Origin: Flavobacteriales bacterium
Lineage (GTDB): Bacteria; Bacteroidota; Bacteroidia; Flavobacteriales_D; Crocinitomicaceae
Direction: 5' to 3'
DNA: 64,000 bases
Assembly: GCA_947460825.1 (NCBI GenBank)
Contig: CANHHA010000005.1
Coordinates: 26,026-90,025, forward strand
Under the pieces are notes generated by a model. The model saw only the letters and a program-made list of their open reading frames with translations. It ran no database searches and was not told the DNA's origin. Below are positions 38,629 through 47,809 of this stretch, piece after piece. A program made the position numbers and the translations under genes. How positions within the stretch are numbered: position 1 is the stretch's first letter; each line of letters starts with the position of its first letter.

Positions 38629-39189
38629 TTACTGCAACCAAGAACCACCCACAGAGATTACATTGGATAGGCTGAGATATTGCTCGTAGGTTTCGGCTTT
38701 GATTCCACCTGTTGGACAAAACTTCACCTGTGGGAACACTTGTCCGTAGGTTTTTAGGGCATCTAATCCACCAAAGAGATGGGCGGGAAAAAACTTAAAG
38801 GTATCCCAACCAAGCTCCAGTCCGGTAATAATTTCACTGGGTGTAGCTACGCCCGGGATAAATGGAATTCCACAGGATTCAAAGGTAGGGGCAAGGGCTT
38901 TACTGATTCCAGGACTTACCATGAAATCAACGCCTAATGCAGCCGCTTTCTCAATTTGTTCATTGGTAACTAGGGTCCCCACACCAATGTCCATGCGTTG
39001 TCCGAAAGCGCGTTTAGCCTCCGCGATTGCGTCAAAAGAAATGGGAGTTCGAAGGGTGATTTCGATGCAGGTTACGCCTTGAGATTCAAGTTTTTCCAAT
39101 TGGGGTACCACCTCAGATAATTCATGGAAGGTAACCACCGGAATGATCGGATGTTTTTCTAAAATGGCACGTATGTTATGCTGTTTCAT
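38629..39189 (-). CDS. eda: KDPG/KHG aldolase (Eda family)
   Basis: The 186 aa product has the motifs IEITLRTP, VGTLV, FMVSPG, KFFPA and CPTGG. It overlaps the bshC end by 14 nt. Confidence 0.8.
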   Translation of the reverse strand: MKQHNIRAILEKHPIIPVVTFHELSEVVPQLEKLESQGVTCIEITLRTPISFDAIAEAKRAFGQRMDIGVGTLVTNEQIEKAAALGVDFMVSPGISKALAPTFESCGIPFIPGVATPSEIITGLELGWDTFKFFPAHLFGGLDALKTYGQVFPQVKFCPTGGIKAETYEQYLSLSNVISVGGSWLQ

Positions 39190-40756
39190 GGGCTTTTACA
39201 AAAATATGAATATCCTGAGAAAAGGGATCGATTTGGTGTTTTAGTGCTTCAACCCATTCGTGAATGCTATATTTTCCACAAAAATGAAGCAGGTTCATTT
39301 GTCGTTCTTGAGGTACCTTATTGGGATACAATTCCCGATGAATCCGTTCAAGCCGCTTAATTTGTGTATCCAAGTGTTGTTTTTCTTCTTTCTGCCAACG
39401 TTGCTTGTAATGGTTTATGCTTGAATCAATGCTTGCCAGTTGTGCTCCACACCATTTATTCGCTTCGTTACCAAAGGATGAAATCCCTTCCGACATGCGG
39501 AGTTTTAAACGGGTAACTTCTTCATCGAGTGCATTAAAAACTGTATCTCGATTGGATTCCTTGGAGAGAAGGGTTTCGATTTGGGTTGATAAGTCGCTGA
39601 AATAGGAAGGTAATACCGATTCATCGATGTAATCAGGTGCAATAATGGCACTTACCCGTGTTTGGATTAAGGGAAATTCCACATTCACCGCTGTAAATGT
39701 TGCTTTGAGTTGAGCCCAATATGCCATTTCGCCACTTCCACCTACATAGCAAATGTTGGGCAAAATACACTCTTGATATAAAGGTCGGAACAGCACATTC
39801 GGAGAAAATCGTTCCGGGAACTGTGTTAATTCCTTAAATAATAGATCTTTCTTCCATGCTATTTCATCAATAAGAAACCCCTCTGATGAGGGAATAATTC
39901 GCGACCTTTTGCCCTCGGTCATGTAAAACAGGTTAATTGGTCGTACATGGGCTTGTACTTTTTGACCAGCATCCAGTAAGGCTTGATTCGTTGTATTAAC
40001 GTGCTCAAAAACGAATTGACGTTCGAGTTCTTTTTGCATTAGAGGGATAAACAACCGCTTAAGCTCCTGATTATCGCCGTCCATGATGAGCAAGCCATAG
40101 GACCCAAACACTTTGTTTAAAAGGGTTTTATAGTGCTCTACATACCTACCTTCTCCGACTTGAAAGAGGCCTGTTAATTCTTCCCGTGCGTCCTCTTGGA
40201 ACAGCGCTAACATTGCCTGGTAGGTCTCTGTTAAGCCTGAGGTTTCAAACCTACCTACCGGACCTGTTTGATTCGATTCCCAAGCAAAATCTTTATGAAA
40301 AAACTGGGTGGATTTGATCTCTTCAAAATCGTGGTCTTCCGAGGCCAACCAAAAAACAGGAACAAGTTGGAAATCGGTTTGTTCCTTATTCAGTTGTTCG
40401 CAGAGATTAATTACATGCAGCGCTTTGTAGATCAAGAAAAGTGGGCCAAGACCTAAAGAAAGTTGATGGCCTGTGGTGATGGTAAACGTGTTGTCTTTGG
40501 CAAGGCGTGCCAGGTTTATTTCTTGTGCTTCGGTGGTGGAACTTTTCGAATAATGATCGTTTAGGTGCGAATAAAGGATTTTTCTATGCTCGCTTGAATA
40601 GTTGATGGATTTAGTGTTACATTGTTCAAGAAGGCTAGCCCTTGAGACTTCCCCATTCAAAAATGTGTGTGTGTTTTGGCTAGACCATTGTTCAATCGCA
40701 GTTCCAAACCCATCGACATCTGTTCTGGGTAGCAGGTGCCGTTTTAAGGGAATCAT
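39176..40756 (-). CDS. bshC: Bacillithiol biosynthesis cysteine-adding enzyme BshC
   Basis: The 526 aa product has TGHQLSLGLGPLFLIYKALHVINL and PVFWLASEDHDFEEI, matching the BshC N-terminal signature. A C-terminal coiled coil is present. Confidence 0.75.
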   Translation of the reverse strand: MIPLKRHLLPRTDVDGFGTAIEQWSSQNTHTFLNGEVSRASLLEQCNTKSINYSSEHRKILYSHLNDHYSKSSTTEAQEINLARLAKDNTFTITTGHQLSLGLGPLFLIYKALHVINLCEQLNKEQTDFQLVPVFWLASEDHDFEEIKSTQFFHKDFAWESNQTGPVGRFETSGLTETYQAMLALFQEDAREELTGLFQVGEGRYVEHYKTLLNKVFGSYGLLIMDGDNQELKRLFIPLMQKELERQFVFEHVNTTNQALLDAGQKVQAHVRPINLFYMTEGKRSRIIPSSEGFLIDEIAWKKDLLFKELTQFPERFSPNVLFRPLYQECILPNICYVGGSGEMAYWAQLKATFTAVNVEFPLIQTRVSAIIAPDYIDESVLPSYFSDLSTQIETLLSKESNRDTVFNALDEEVTRLKLRMSEGISSFGNEANKWCGAQLASIDSSINHYKQRWQKEEKQHLDTQIKRLERIHRELYPNKVPQERQMNLLHFCGKYSIHEWVEALKHQIDPFSQDIHIFVKAHETA

Positions 40757-42555
40757 GCCTCGGAAAGGTTTTGTAACTCTACAAATCGTGCATAGGCACC
40801 GTTGAGCGCAATCAACGTTTCATGGTTACCTTCTTCCATGATCTTCCCCTCTTGAAGCACGATGATTTTATCCGCTTTACGAATGGTGGAAAGTCTATGT
40901 GCGATAACGATTGCGGTACGATTGGTCATTAACCGATCAAGCGCATCTTGAACCAATTTTTCAGATTCAGAATCGAGTGCAGAGGTAGCTTCATCGAGTA
41001 TAAGAATAGCCGGATTTTTCAAAATTGCCCGAGCAATCGCGATGCGTTGTTTTTGTCCACCAGATAATTGTATTCCGCGATCTCCCACTTGGGTATTCAT
41101 GCCCTCCGGAAAACTTTGTATGAATTCTAAGGCATTGGCGGCTTTTGCGGCATCCTCAATCTCTTGGGTGCTTGCTTCGGGTCTGCCAAAGCGAATGTTC
41201 TCTTGAATGGTATCCGCAAAAAGCATAACTTCTTGGGGTACGATTGCAATGTGTGCACGTAAATATTCTAAGTCAATCTCACGGGTGTTCGTATCATCGA
41301 AAAACACAGCACCGGATTGGGGTTCATAATACCGAAGTAGTAAGCTGGCTAAGGTTGATTTCCCAGCACCGGAGCCTCCAACTACAGCAAGGGTTTGGTT
41401 TCTGCCAATGCTGAAATTTATTCCACTGAGTACGGGCACATCTAAGCGTTGAGGGTATTGGAAATGAACATCTTCCAAGCGGATATTACCTGATAACGTT
41501 GGTTTTTTCGTCCCGTCAACTAATTCTCTTTCAGTGGCTGTATTCATTATCTCAACTAGGTTTTCTACTGCACCTAGAGCCTTTTGAATGTTTGCATATA
41601 ATTCCGGCAAGGAACCGATACTCGCCCCCATCAAGATGGTGAAGAGAATAAACTGATAAAACCCTTCTTTGGGTAGCGTAGGATGCGCTCCTTGTGTCAT
41701 GATCATTCCTTGCCAGATGATAAACACAATGGCTCCGAACAGACAGAAAATGATAAAGGATACAAAGACTCCCCGCCAAATGCCACTCTTAACATTCAGG
41801 TCGCGCATTTTTTGGGTATTTACTCTAAAGCGATTTAGGTTGAATACTTCATTCGTGAAGGCTTTAACATTGGCGATGCCACTTAGGGCTTCTTCAATGA
41901 TTGAATTGGATTCGGCGGTGAAATCTTGTGCATTCTTACTTAATTTACGAATGTACCGACCAAAAATCACAGCGATAATTGCCATTACAGGAACAGTCCC
42001 AAGCATGATTAGGGAAAGCTTCCATGAGATGAATACTAAAAACGTGATTCCACCAACAACAATTACCAATTGCCTAAAAAATTCAGCAATGGTGGTGCGC
42101 ATGGTTTCTTGGATTTGTGTGATGTCTGAGGCAATGCGGCTGGTTAATTCACCTACTTTGTGCGTATTGAAAAAATCCATGGGCATGTATATCATGCGCT
42201 CAAATGCATCATTACGTAAATCTCGTAACGCGTTTTCTGTAACGTTGTTAAATAATACTACCCTGAAAAAAGAGAAAAGGGATTGAATTCCGAAAAGAAT
42301 AAACAGCGCAAAGGCTATTCCGTTGACGGAGTTTTTAGATAAGACTTGTCCAATGGTATCCACGGAGCTTCCTCCAGAATCTGCGCCCAGTAATCCACCC
42401 ATCAAATATGGAAATACAAGTCCAGCAAGGGTTGAAAGCACAAGAAAAATCCACCCAATGCTGTAGGTAAAGAGGTAGGGTTTTAAATAGGAAAGTAAAA
42501 AGCGTAGTTTCTTTGAAGCGCTAATCTTCTTGGTGTTTTTTGGATTCGATGACAA
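40753..42555 (-). CDS. ABC transporter, fused permease/ATPase exporter (MsbA/multidrug type)
   Basis: A six-TM domain is followed by Walker A GGSGAGKST, signature LSGGQKQR and Walker B ILILDEATSALD. Confidence 0.9.
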   Translation of the reverse strand: MSSNPKNTKKISASKKLRFLLSYLKPYLFTYSIGWIFLVLSTLAGLVFPYLMGGLLGADSGGSSVDTIGQVLSKNSVNGIAFALFILFGIQSLFSFFRVVLFNNVTENALRDLRNDAFERMIYMPMDFFNTHKVGELTSRIASDITQIQETMRTTIAEFFRQLVIVVGGITFLVFISWKLSLIMLGTVPVMAIIAVIFGRYIRKLSKNAQDFTAESNSIIEEALSGIANVKAFTNEVFNLNRFRVNTQKMRDLNVKSGIWRGVFVSFIIFCLFGAIVFIIWQGMIMTQGAHPTLPKEGFYQFILFTILMGASIGSLPELYANIQKALGAVENLVEIMNTATERELVDGTKKPTLSGNIRLEDVHFQYPQRLDVPVLSGINFSIGRNQTLAVVGGSGAGKSTLASLLLRYYEPQSGAVFFDDTNTREIDLEYLRAHIAIVPQEVMLFADTIQENIRFGRPEASTQEIEDAAKAANALEFIQSFPEGMNTQVGDRGIQLSGGQKQRIAIARAILKNPAILILDEATSALDSESEKLVQDALDRLMTNRTAIVIAHRLSTIRKADKIIVLQEGKIMEEGNHETLIALNGAYARFVELQNLSEA

Positions 42556-42639
42556 GGCGTTCTACTTTTATGGATTGCAATACAAAAATACCTACTTTTA
42601 AGGGAGTGAGGAATAATTTCATTTTTTTTATCAAAACAA

Positions 42640-42669
42640 TTTGAATTGGCGAAAAATATCGTATATTTG
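42640..42669 (+). promoter_or_regulatory. Bacteroidota sigma-A type promoter for rpmH
   Basis: A TTTG (-33-like) at 42640-42643 is followed after 18 nt by TATATTTG at 42662-42669. This is a perfect match to the TAnnTTTG -7 consensus. It ends 36 nt before the rpmH ATG. Confidence 0.45.
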
Positions 42670-42705
42670 CACTCCGTTTTTCGGTAGATATTTAAAGATA
42701 AGACG

Positions 42706-42864
42706 ATGAAAAGAACATTTCAACCTTCACAAAGAAAACGAAGAAACAAACATGGTTTCCGAAGTAGAATGGCTTCCAAAAATGGTCGTCGTTTATTAGC
42801 TGCACGTCGCAAAAAAGGCAGAAAGAAATTAACCGTTTCTGACGAGCCACTTCACAAAAGATAG
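42706..42864 (+). CDS. rpmH: 50S ribosomal protein L34 (below the ORF-track cutoff)
   Basis: Hand translation gives [52 protein letters not shown], the canonical L34 sequence. Confidence 0.92.
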   Translation: MKRTFQPSQRKRRNKHGFRSRMASKNGRRLLAARRKKGRKKLTVSDEPLHKR

Positions 42865-42883
42865 ATTTAACCGCTTTATATCA

Positions 42884-42914
42884 AACCCTGACCGCAGCGT
42901 CAGGGTTTTTTTTT
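42884..42914 (+). terminator. Rho-independent terminator after rpmH
   Basis: The stem is AACCCTGAC/GTCAGGGTT with loop CGCAGC, followed by a T9 run. Confidence 0.8.
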
Positions 42915-42935
42915 GCACTTTTGGGGAAATTATGA

Positions 42936-43991
42936 ATGATGATTAGAAATACCCTTGGCTTTATAGTACTTTTTACAGCGTTTAATGTGTATTCCCAAGG
43001 ATTAACGATAGCCTCTAAAAACAAGAAATCCAGCTTCAAGCTTTCGGGGTATGGTGATTTATATCTCGGTAAGCAATGGGGTGAATCGAATAAAAAAGAA
43101 TCCTTTTTTTATAATCACAAGGTAAATAATGCGTTGCGCACCAATCTTTTGATGCTTAAAGGAGAATTGACAACAACGCGTATCCGGGCGACCCTTGCCT
43201 TAATGACGGGGGATTATAGTCAATATAATTTAGCTGCAGAGCCGAAATGGGCTAAACCATTAAATGAAGCTTTTGTAGGATTCAAACTTTCAAAAACAAA
43301 AAATCTTTGGTGGGATGCTGGTGTTTACAGTTCATACATCGGAATTGAATCTTCTATTTCATCGGATTGTCCAACCTTAACGCGCAGTATGGTTGCTGAG
43401 AACTCGCCCTATTATTTGAGTGGAACACGTATTGTGTTTGTTAGTGATAATAAAAAACATGAAGCTGGGTTGCATGTGTTAAATGGATGGCAGCGTATTG
43501 GATGGGATCCATCTATCGTTAAACCGAGTTTAGGAGCGCATTATAAATATACCATCAAAGAAAATCTTTCGCTCATGTATGGCGCTTTTTATGGGTCAAT
43601 TTATCCAGATAGTTTATCAATAAATCGGTTTTATCAGCATGTGAATGTTGCTTGGAAGAACGGGAAATGGGAAACATGGGGAACGCTTGATTTAGGGATA
43701 GAATCTGGAAAGATTTGGGGTGCTGCGCAGGTTATGAATCGCTACACCTTTAACGCGCATTGGAGCTTGGCACAACGCGTAGAAGTATTTTACGATCCGG
43801 ATAACCGCTGCGCTCGAATTGGTGCCACAAAAGAAACAGTAATTGGTGGATTCACCCTTTGTCCTACCTATCAGTTAAGTGATCAAATTGCTATACGGCT
43901 CGATACCAAATTCCTTAAGTCTACAGAAAACATCTTGAAAGGAGAGAATTGGGATATGCAATTCAACGCGGGAGTGGCGTTTAAATTCTAG
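42936..43991 (+). CDS. Outer-membrane beta-barrel (porin-like) protein
   Basis: It has a signal peptide, alternating beta-strand patterns and a C-terminal GVAFKF with terminal Phe, typical of OMPs. Confidence 0.5.
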   Translation: MMIRNTLGFIVLFTAFNVYSQGLTIASKNKKSSFKLSGYGDLYLGKQWGESNKKESFFYNHKVNNALRTNLLMLKGELTTTRIRATLALMTGDYSQYNLAAEPKWAKPLNEAFVGFKLSKTKNLWWDAGVYSSYIGIESSISSDCPTLTRSMVAENSPYYLSGTRIVFVSDNKKHEAGLHVLNGWQRIGWDPSIVKPSLGAHYKYTIKENLSLMYGAFYGSIYPDSLSINRFYQHVNVAWKNGKWETWGTLDLGIESGKIWGAAQVMNRYTFNAHWSLAQRVEVFYDPDNRCARIGATKETVIGGFTLCPTYQLSDQIAIRLDTKFLKSTENILKGENWDMQFNAGVAFKF

Positions 43992-44102
43992 GCTATAAAT
44001 GGCTAAATATACTTCTGATTTATTTAGTTAAGGGTGTGGTTTACATGTTCATCAATCTATAATTCCGTTAATTAGTATTAATTTTCACAAAAAAAAGTCA
44101 GT

Positions 44103-44645
44103 ATGGAACATTTTAAAACCGTCAAAGATTCCGAAACAATTTTTACCGAATTAATGACTCCTGGCTATGCCAATTTTGGGGATAAGGTTCATGGAGGGGT
44201 AATTCTCTCTATTATGGATAAAGTAGCATACGCTACGGCGGTTAAGCACTGCGGAGGTTATGTGGTTACCATTTCGGTGGATGGGGTAGATTTTCATGCG
44301 CCAGCTGAAATCGGGAATTTGTTAACCTTAAAATCGCGAGTAAACTATGTAGGGGAAACTTCCATGATTGTTGGAATTAGGGTAGAATCTACCGATATTA
44401 AAACCGGGATCATCAAACACACCAATACGGCTTTTTTTACCATGGTGATGACCAATGCGCCTGAAAATCAATTTGTTCCCGGCTTAATTCTAGAAACAGA
44501 CGAAGACATTCGGCGCTTTGCGGAAGGTTTGTATCTTCGCGACCTAGGTCGGGAGAAACGCAAGACCCTTCGAGGAGATTTGTCAGATAAAACAACGAAT
44601 CAACTCATTGATTTGCTTAAAGATCAGCGCGTTCAAGTTGTTTAA
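44103..44645 (+). CDS. Acyl-CoA thioesterase (hotdog fold, YciA-like)
   Basis: The motif NFGDKVHGGVILSIMDKVAYATA is present and the product is 180 aa. Confidence 0.8.
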   Translation: MEHFKTVKDSETIFTELMTPGYANFGDKVHGGVILSIMDKVAYATAVKHCGGYVVTISVDGVDFHAPAEIGNLLTLKSRVNYVGETSMIVGIRVESTDIKTGIIKHTNTAFFTMVMTNAPENQFVPGLILETDEDIRRFAEGLYLRDLGREKRKTLRGDLSDKTTNQLIDLLKDQRVQVV

Positions 44646-44700
44646 GGCTCTATCCGAGTCAATTTCATCGTAATGGGATTTAAGGGTGCAATCTCGCTAA

Positions 44701-44979
44701 CTAATCAATGACCTCTTCTTCTAATGTATTCTTGTTTGGTAGCCAATTAACAATCGTCTTAAGAAGTAGGAATCCACACACGGCACCGACTATTGCAAAA
44801 ATGTAAAACAGGAACCCCGTATTTCCAAAAAGTAAGATGCCAATTACCGCACCAATCACCTCAAATACAAACCAAAAAAGGAAGGTTAAGAATCTATATA
44901 ACCCCGAGGAATAGCCTTTCGATGAGGCTAATTCTCCAATCGTTCTTGAAGCGAAATATATCCCAATGATTTCGAGCAT
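44701..44979 (-). CDS. Small three-TM membrane protein, last gene of the DUF262 cluster
   Basis: The 92 aa product is almost entirely hydrophobic. It starts 3 nt after the stop of the upstream DUF262/DUF1524 gene. Confidence 0.4.
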   Translation of the reverse strand: MLEIIGIYFASRTIGELASSKGYSSGLYRFLTFLFWFVFEVIGAVIGILLFGNTGFLFYIFAIVGAVCGFLLLKTIVNWLPNKNTLEEEVID

Positions 44980-44982
44980 ATT

Positions 44983-47049
44983 CTAATCTTTTATTCCTAA
45001 AAGGAACACCTTTTCATCTTCGTTCCCAAGCGTAACTTCCCATCGTTTTTCCATGAATTCGAGTAATTTTAGTCCCCGTGTCCTAATTTGTTCCGGATTC
45101 CATTCGTTAAGCTGCGCAACTTCCTGTTCTGAATAACTACCATTCATATACCCATTCCGTTTAACGTGTCCATCAGCATGGTAAATCACGTGTTTCTTAC
45201 CCTCGAAACAGTCATTCTGTAAACTCGAATTAATGGAAGAAGATAGGGGTAATAAATTCCCAAGGCTTCCATTATACCGCTTTTTTACGCCTTCCGTAAG
45301 CGTTCCGAAATGAGTTTCCCAACACGCTGCATTTGCCGTTTGCGGATAAATGTGTTCGATTGATATTCGGTCATGTTCACTTCGAATAAAAAGTTGCCAG
45401 CTTACCTTAGGTTGGTTTCGAGCACGCATTAATTCTTCCTCGTATTCGTATAGGAAATACCTCAACCCATTCCATCCGTAATAACCCGTTCCATCCGAAT
45501 TGAATTTCCGGTCTAAATAATCAAGAAACGAGGTTGTTTTTAAGGTACCATTTTCATTTCTTGTCCATCGCGTGTTTTCCGCTAATGCACTGAGTATGGA
45601 GTCGATGGGAAGTTCATTCCTATAGATTCCACGTGCCAGGTTGTAATATTTACTGTTCCCGTAATTTGACTGGGCCCTACATACACGAAACGCAACGAAT
45701 ATAAATCGTTCTATTTCTTGGAGTGCGGTAATACGTTCAGCCTGGCTAATATGCTTGGCAGAAAACAGCGCAGTTATTAAGGGCCGAAAATATCCGATCC
45801 CAATCCGATTTAAGCGATCCATCCATAACTTCTCTGCTGCAGAGAAGTTATCCGTATCCGGATTAAAGGTGTTATACCAATGACCTACCACTTCTCTTAA
45901 ACTGTCTACATAGGCTTTGATATCCGTTAAACTTAAGCTGGAGGTAAATGTTGGTGTATCCTCCAGGTCATCGTCATCCTCTTGTTCTGTTTCTAGATCT
46001 CGTTGTTCTTTAATGATTTCAATCCCGGCAGCCTGAACAGCTACTTTTTTCAGTACTACTTTAGGATTGAATTCTTCATCCAGTAAATATCGAATGTAAT
46101 CGTCGCCACGCTTTCGAGAATATTTGAAATACATGATCCAATGGGTTCGAAGAAAATCATCATCGTTTAATGGGTTTTTCTTATTTCGTCCGAGTTGATA
46201 ATAGATTTCTTTCCAGGTTTGATTGACCGAATTTCGAACCACTTTTCGTTCTTCTTCGCTTACTTCAGTGGATGGGTAAAGCGTCGTTAAATAAATTAAG
46301 CGGTTCTTGAGTAGTTCGAGGTCTGATAGTTTTTTTCCACGATTATTCATGGTTTCAAAGGCCACAAACACATCAAAGTCGTCTGAAATCTCATAGAGAT
46401 TGAACATCAAGCGTTGTGTAAGTTTTTTAAACAACTCGGATAATATGTCTGGCCCCTCTTCTTCAACCTGTGTTTTTAGATTCTCAAGAAAAAAAGCTTT
46501 GGCATGTTCTAGATTGAGCGTGTAATATGTTTCTTCTAATCGGTTAGATGTGTCATGATTAAAGATTCTATGAATCAAAAATTCATAGGAGGGATTATCC
46601 ACTTCATACCCGAATTTATAGGTTTTAATAAGCTTGTTTGGCCCTTGGACCTCAACCAGGTATTGGGATAGTATGTCACTTAGCGAATAGCTGCTAATGA
46701 ATGATTCGTGATCCGATTTCGTTGGGTTTATGGCCCTGCATGTTTCGATCAAACACTGAATGAAAATAGATATTGTTGTAAGTCGTTGCTGCCCGTCTAC
46801 AATATGGCAAGGGGCATATCCGCGGTCTTCGATGAGCCATTTAGCATCTTCCCACTGCTTCGCAATGTCAGCAGAAAACGTTTTAATGGATAATACTCCG
46901 GTATAGTGGTAACGTTCGGCATCAAGGTTGATTAAATCCTCCCAAAAATCAGTGAGTTGTTTTTCTTTCCATGCATAGCCTCTTTGGTAATCAGGAATTC
47001 TGAATACCCGGTGATTAAAGATGGAATGCAAGGTTTGTAATTCTTTCAT
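44983..47049 (-). CDS. DUF262 + DUF1524 (GmrSD/BrxU-like) putative type IV restriction/DNA-modification-dependent nuclease
   Basis: The N-terminal FRIPDYQRGYAW and IVDGQQRLTTISIF are the DUF262 ParB-like NTPase signature. The C-terminal SIEHIYPQ...NLLPLSSSINSSLQN is DUF1524 His-Me finger-like. The product is 688 aa. Confidence 0.8.
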   Translation of the reverse strand: MKELQTLHSIFNHRVFRIPDYQRGYAWKEKQLTDFWEDLINLDAERYHYTGVLSIKTFSADIAKQWEDAKWLIEDRGYAPCHIVDGQQRLTTISIFIQCLIETCRAINPTKSDHESFISSYSLSDILSQYLVEVQGPNKLIKTYKFGYEVDNPSYEFLIHRIFNHDTSNRLEETYYTLNLEHAKAFFLENLKTQVEEEGPDILSELFKKLTQRLMFNLYEISDDFDVFVAFETMNNRGKKLSDLELLKNRLIYLTTLYPSTEVSEEERKVVRNSVNQTWKEIYYQLGRNKKNPLNDDDFLRTHWIMYFKYSRKRGDDYIRYLLDEEFNPKVVLKKVAVQAAGIEIIKEQRDLETEQEDDDDLEDTPTFTSSLSLTDIKAYVDSLREVVGHWYNTFNPDTDNFSAAEKLWMDRLNRIGIGYFRPLITALFSAKHISQAERITALQEIERFIFVAFRVCRAQSNYGNSKYYNLARGIYRNELPIDSILSALAENTRWTRNENGTLKTTSFLDYLDRKFNSDGTGYYGWNGLRYFLYEYEEELMRARNQPKVSWQLFIRSEHDRISIEHIYPQTANAACWETHFGTLTEGVKKRYNGSLGNLLPLSSSINSSLQNDCFEGKKHVIYHADGHVKRNGYMNGSYSEQEVAQLNEWNPEQIRTRGLKLLEFMEKRWEVTLGNEDEKVFLLGIKD

Positions 47050-47059
47050 GCTTGATTAT

Positions 47060-47479
47060 TTAAAGCGCTACCTGATAGATGTCTGATGCATTACGTTGAA
47101 TCCCGTGTTTTACAAATCCATGGTCTTCAGGAATATCTTCAATTAGTGAAAATTGTTTGCAATCCAAGGGGAGACCGGTGAAAATTAAGGTAAATCGGGT
47201 GAATTCCTCTCTAGAAGGCATCCATTGGGGAGCGAGCGTGATTCCATTCCATGTTACTAAGGGACAGTGTTGACCGCTTTCTGTTTTCAAATACGTACTT
47301 TTCCAAATGCGAACATAGGTGCCGTCGGGGCTATGTAAGGAACAATGAACAATCACCTGTTTTTCGGTGACTTCAAAGGTTTTTATTTGTTCATCAACAG
47401 CAATCTTTTCCTTGACTTTAGTACATTCTAACGGAGCGCTCATCTTGGGATTTCTACAAAAATAAAGGTAATGTTGCAA
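47060..47479 (-). CDS. Hypothetical protein, first gene of the DUF262 cluster
   Basis: The product is 139 aa, or 127 aa from the internal MSAPLE start. It lies 10 nt upstream of the DUF262 gene on the same strand. I recognise no motif. Confidence 0.35.
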   Translation of the reverse strand: MQHYLYFCRNPKMSAPLECTKVKEKIAVDEQIKTFEVTEKQVIVHCSLHSPDGTYVRIWKSTYLKTESGQHCPLVTWNGITLAPQWMPSREEFTRFTLIFTGLPLDCKQFSLIEDIPEDHGFVKHGIQRNASDIYQVAL

Positions 47480-47514
47480 TGTGGCGAGAATTACAAATTG
47501 TATTTTTGAACATC

Positions 47515-47649
47515 ATGGATTCACTAACACAAATTGTATTAGGAGGTGCAATTGGGGAATTAGTTGCCGGAAGAAAAATGGGGAATCGCGCCGTGCTCTG
47601 GGGAGCGATCGCCGGAACTATTCCAGACTTGAATGTGTTCTTCAGAGTC
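47515..47649 (+). pseudogene. Orphan 5' fragment (first 45 codons) of a homolog of the 49696-50709 hydrolase gene
   Basis: The 135 nt align to 49696-49830 with about 14 mismatches by hand. The peptide MDSLTQIVLGGAIGELVAGRKMGNRAVLWGAIAGTIPDLNVFFRV differs from the full gene at a single residue (N vs D). Similarity then ends and the frame stops soon after. Confidence 0.8.
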
Positions 47650-47809
47650 AATATGATATCAGGATATTTGCTGAAGGCCTGTATATGAATCAGTTAGGCT
47701 CTAAAAAAAACGGAAAATTATAAAAAGCGATTTCGTTTAAAAAACTCAGGAGGAAATTCTAGTTCAGATTGCAACGGAGCACATGCAGTTAGCGATGTAG
47801 ATTATTTTT

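Noticed and set aside
41669-42286. 205 aa + strand ORF inside the ABC exporter gene
   Set aside because: It is antisense to a gene with unambiguous Walker A/B and ABC signature motifs. It has no motif of its own.
47479-47723. Track ORFs 47479-47688 and 47481-47723
   Set aside because: The first is read-through of the orphan 45-codon stub of the DUF457 hydrolase homolog into unrelated sequence. The second is an out-of-frame overlap. Neither is a credible independent gene, so the region is annotated as a pseudogene fragment.
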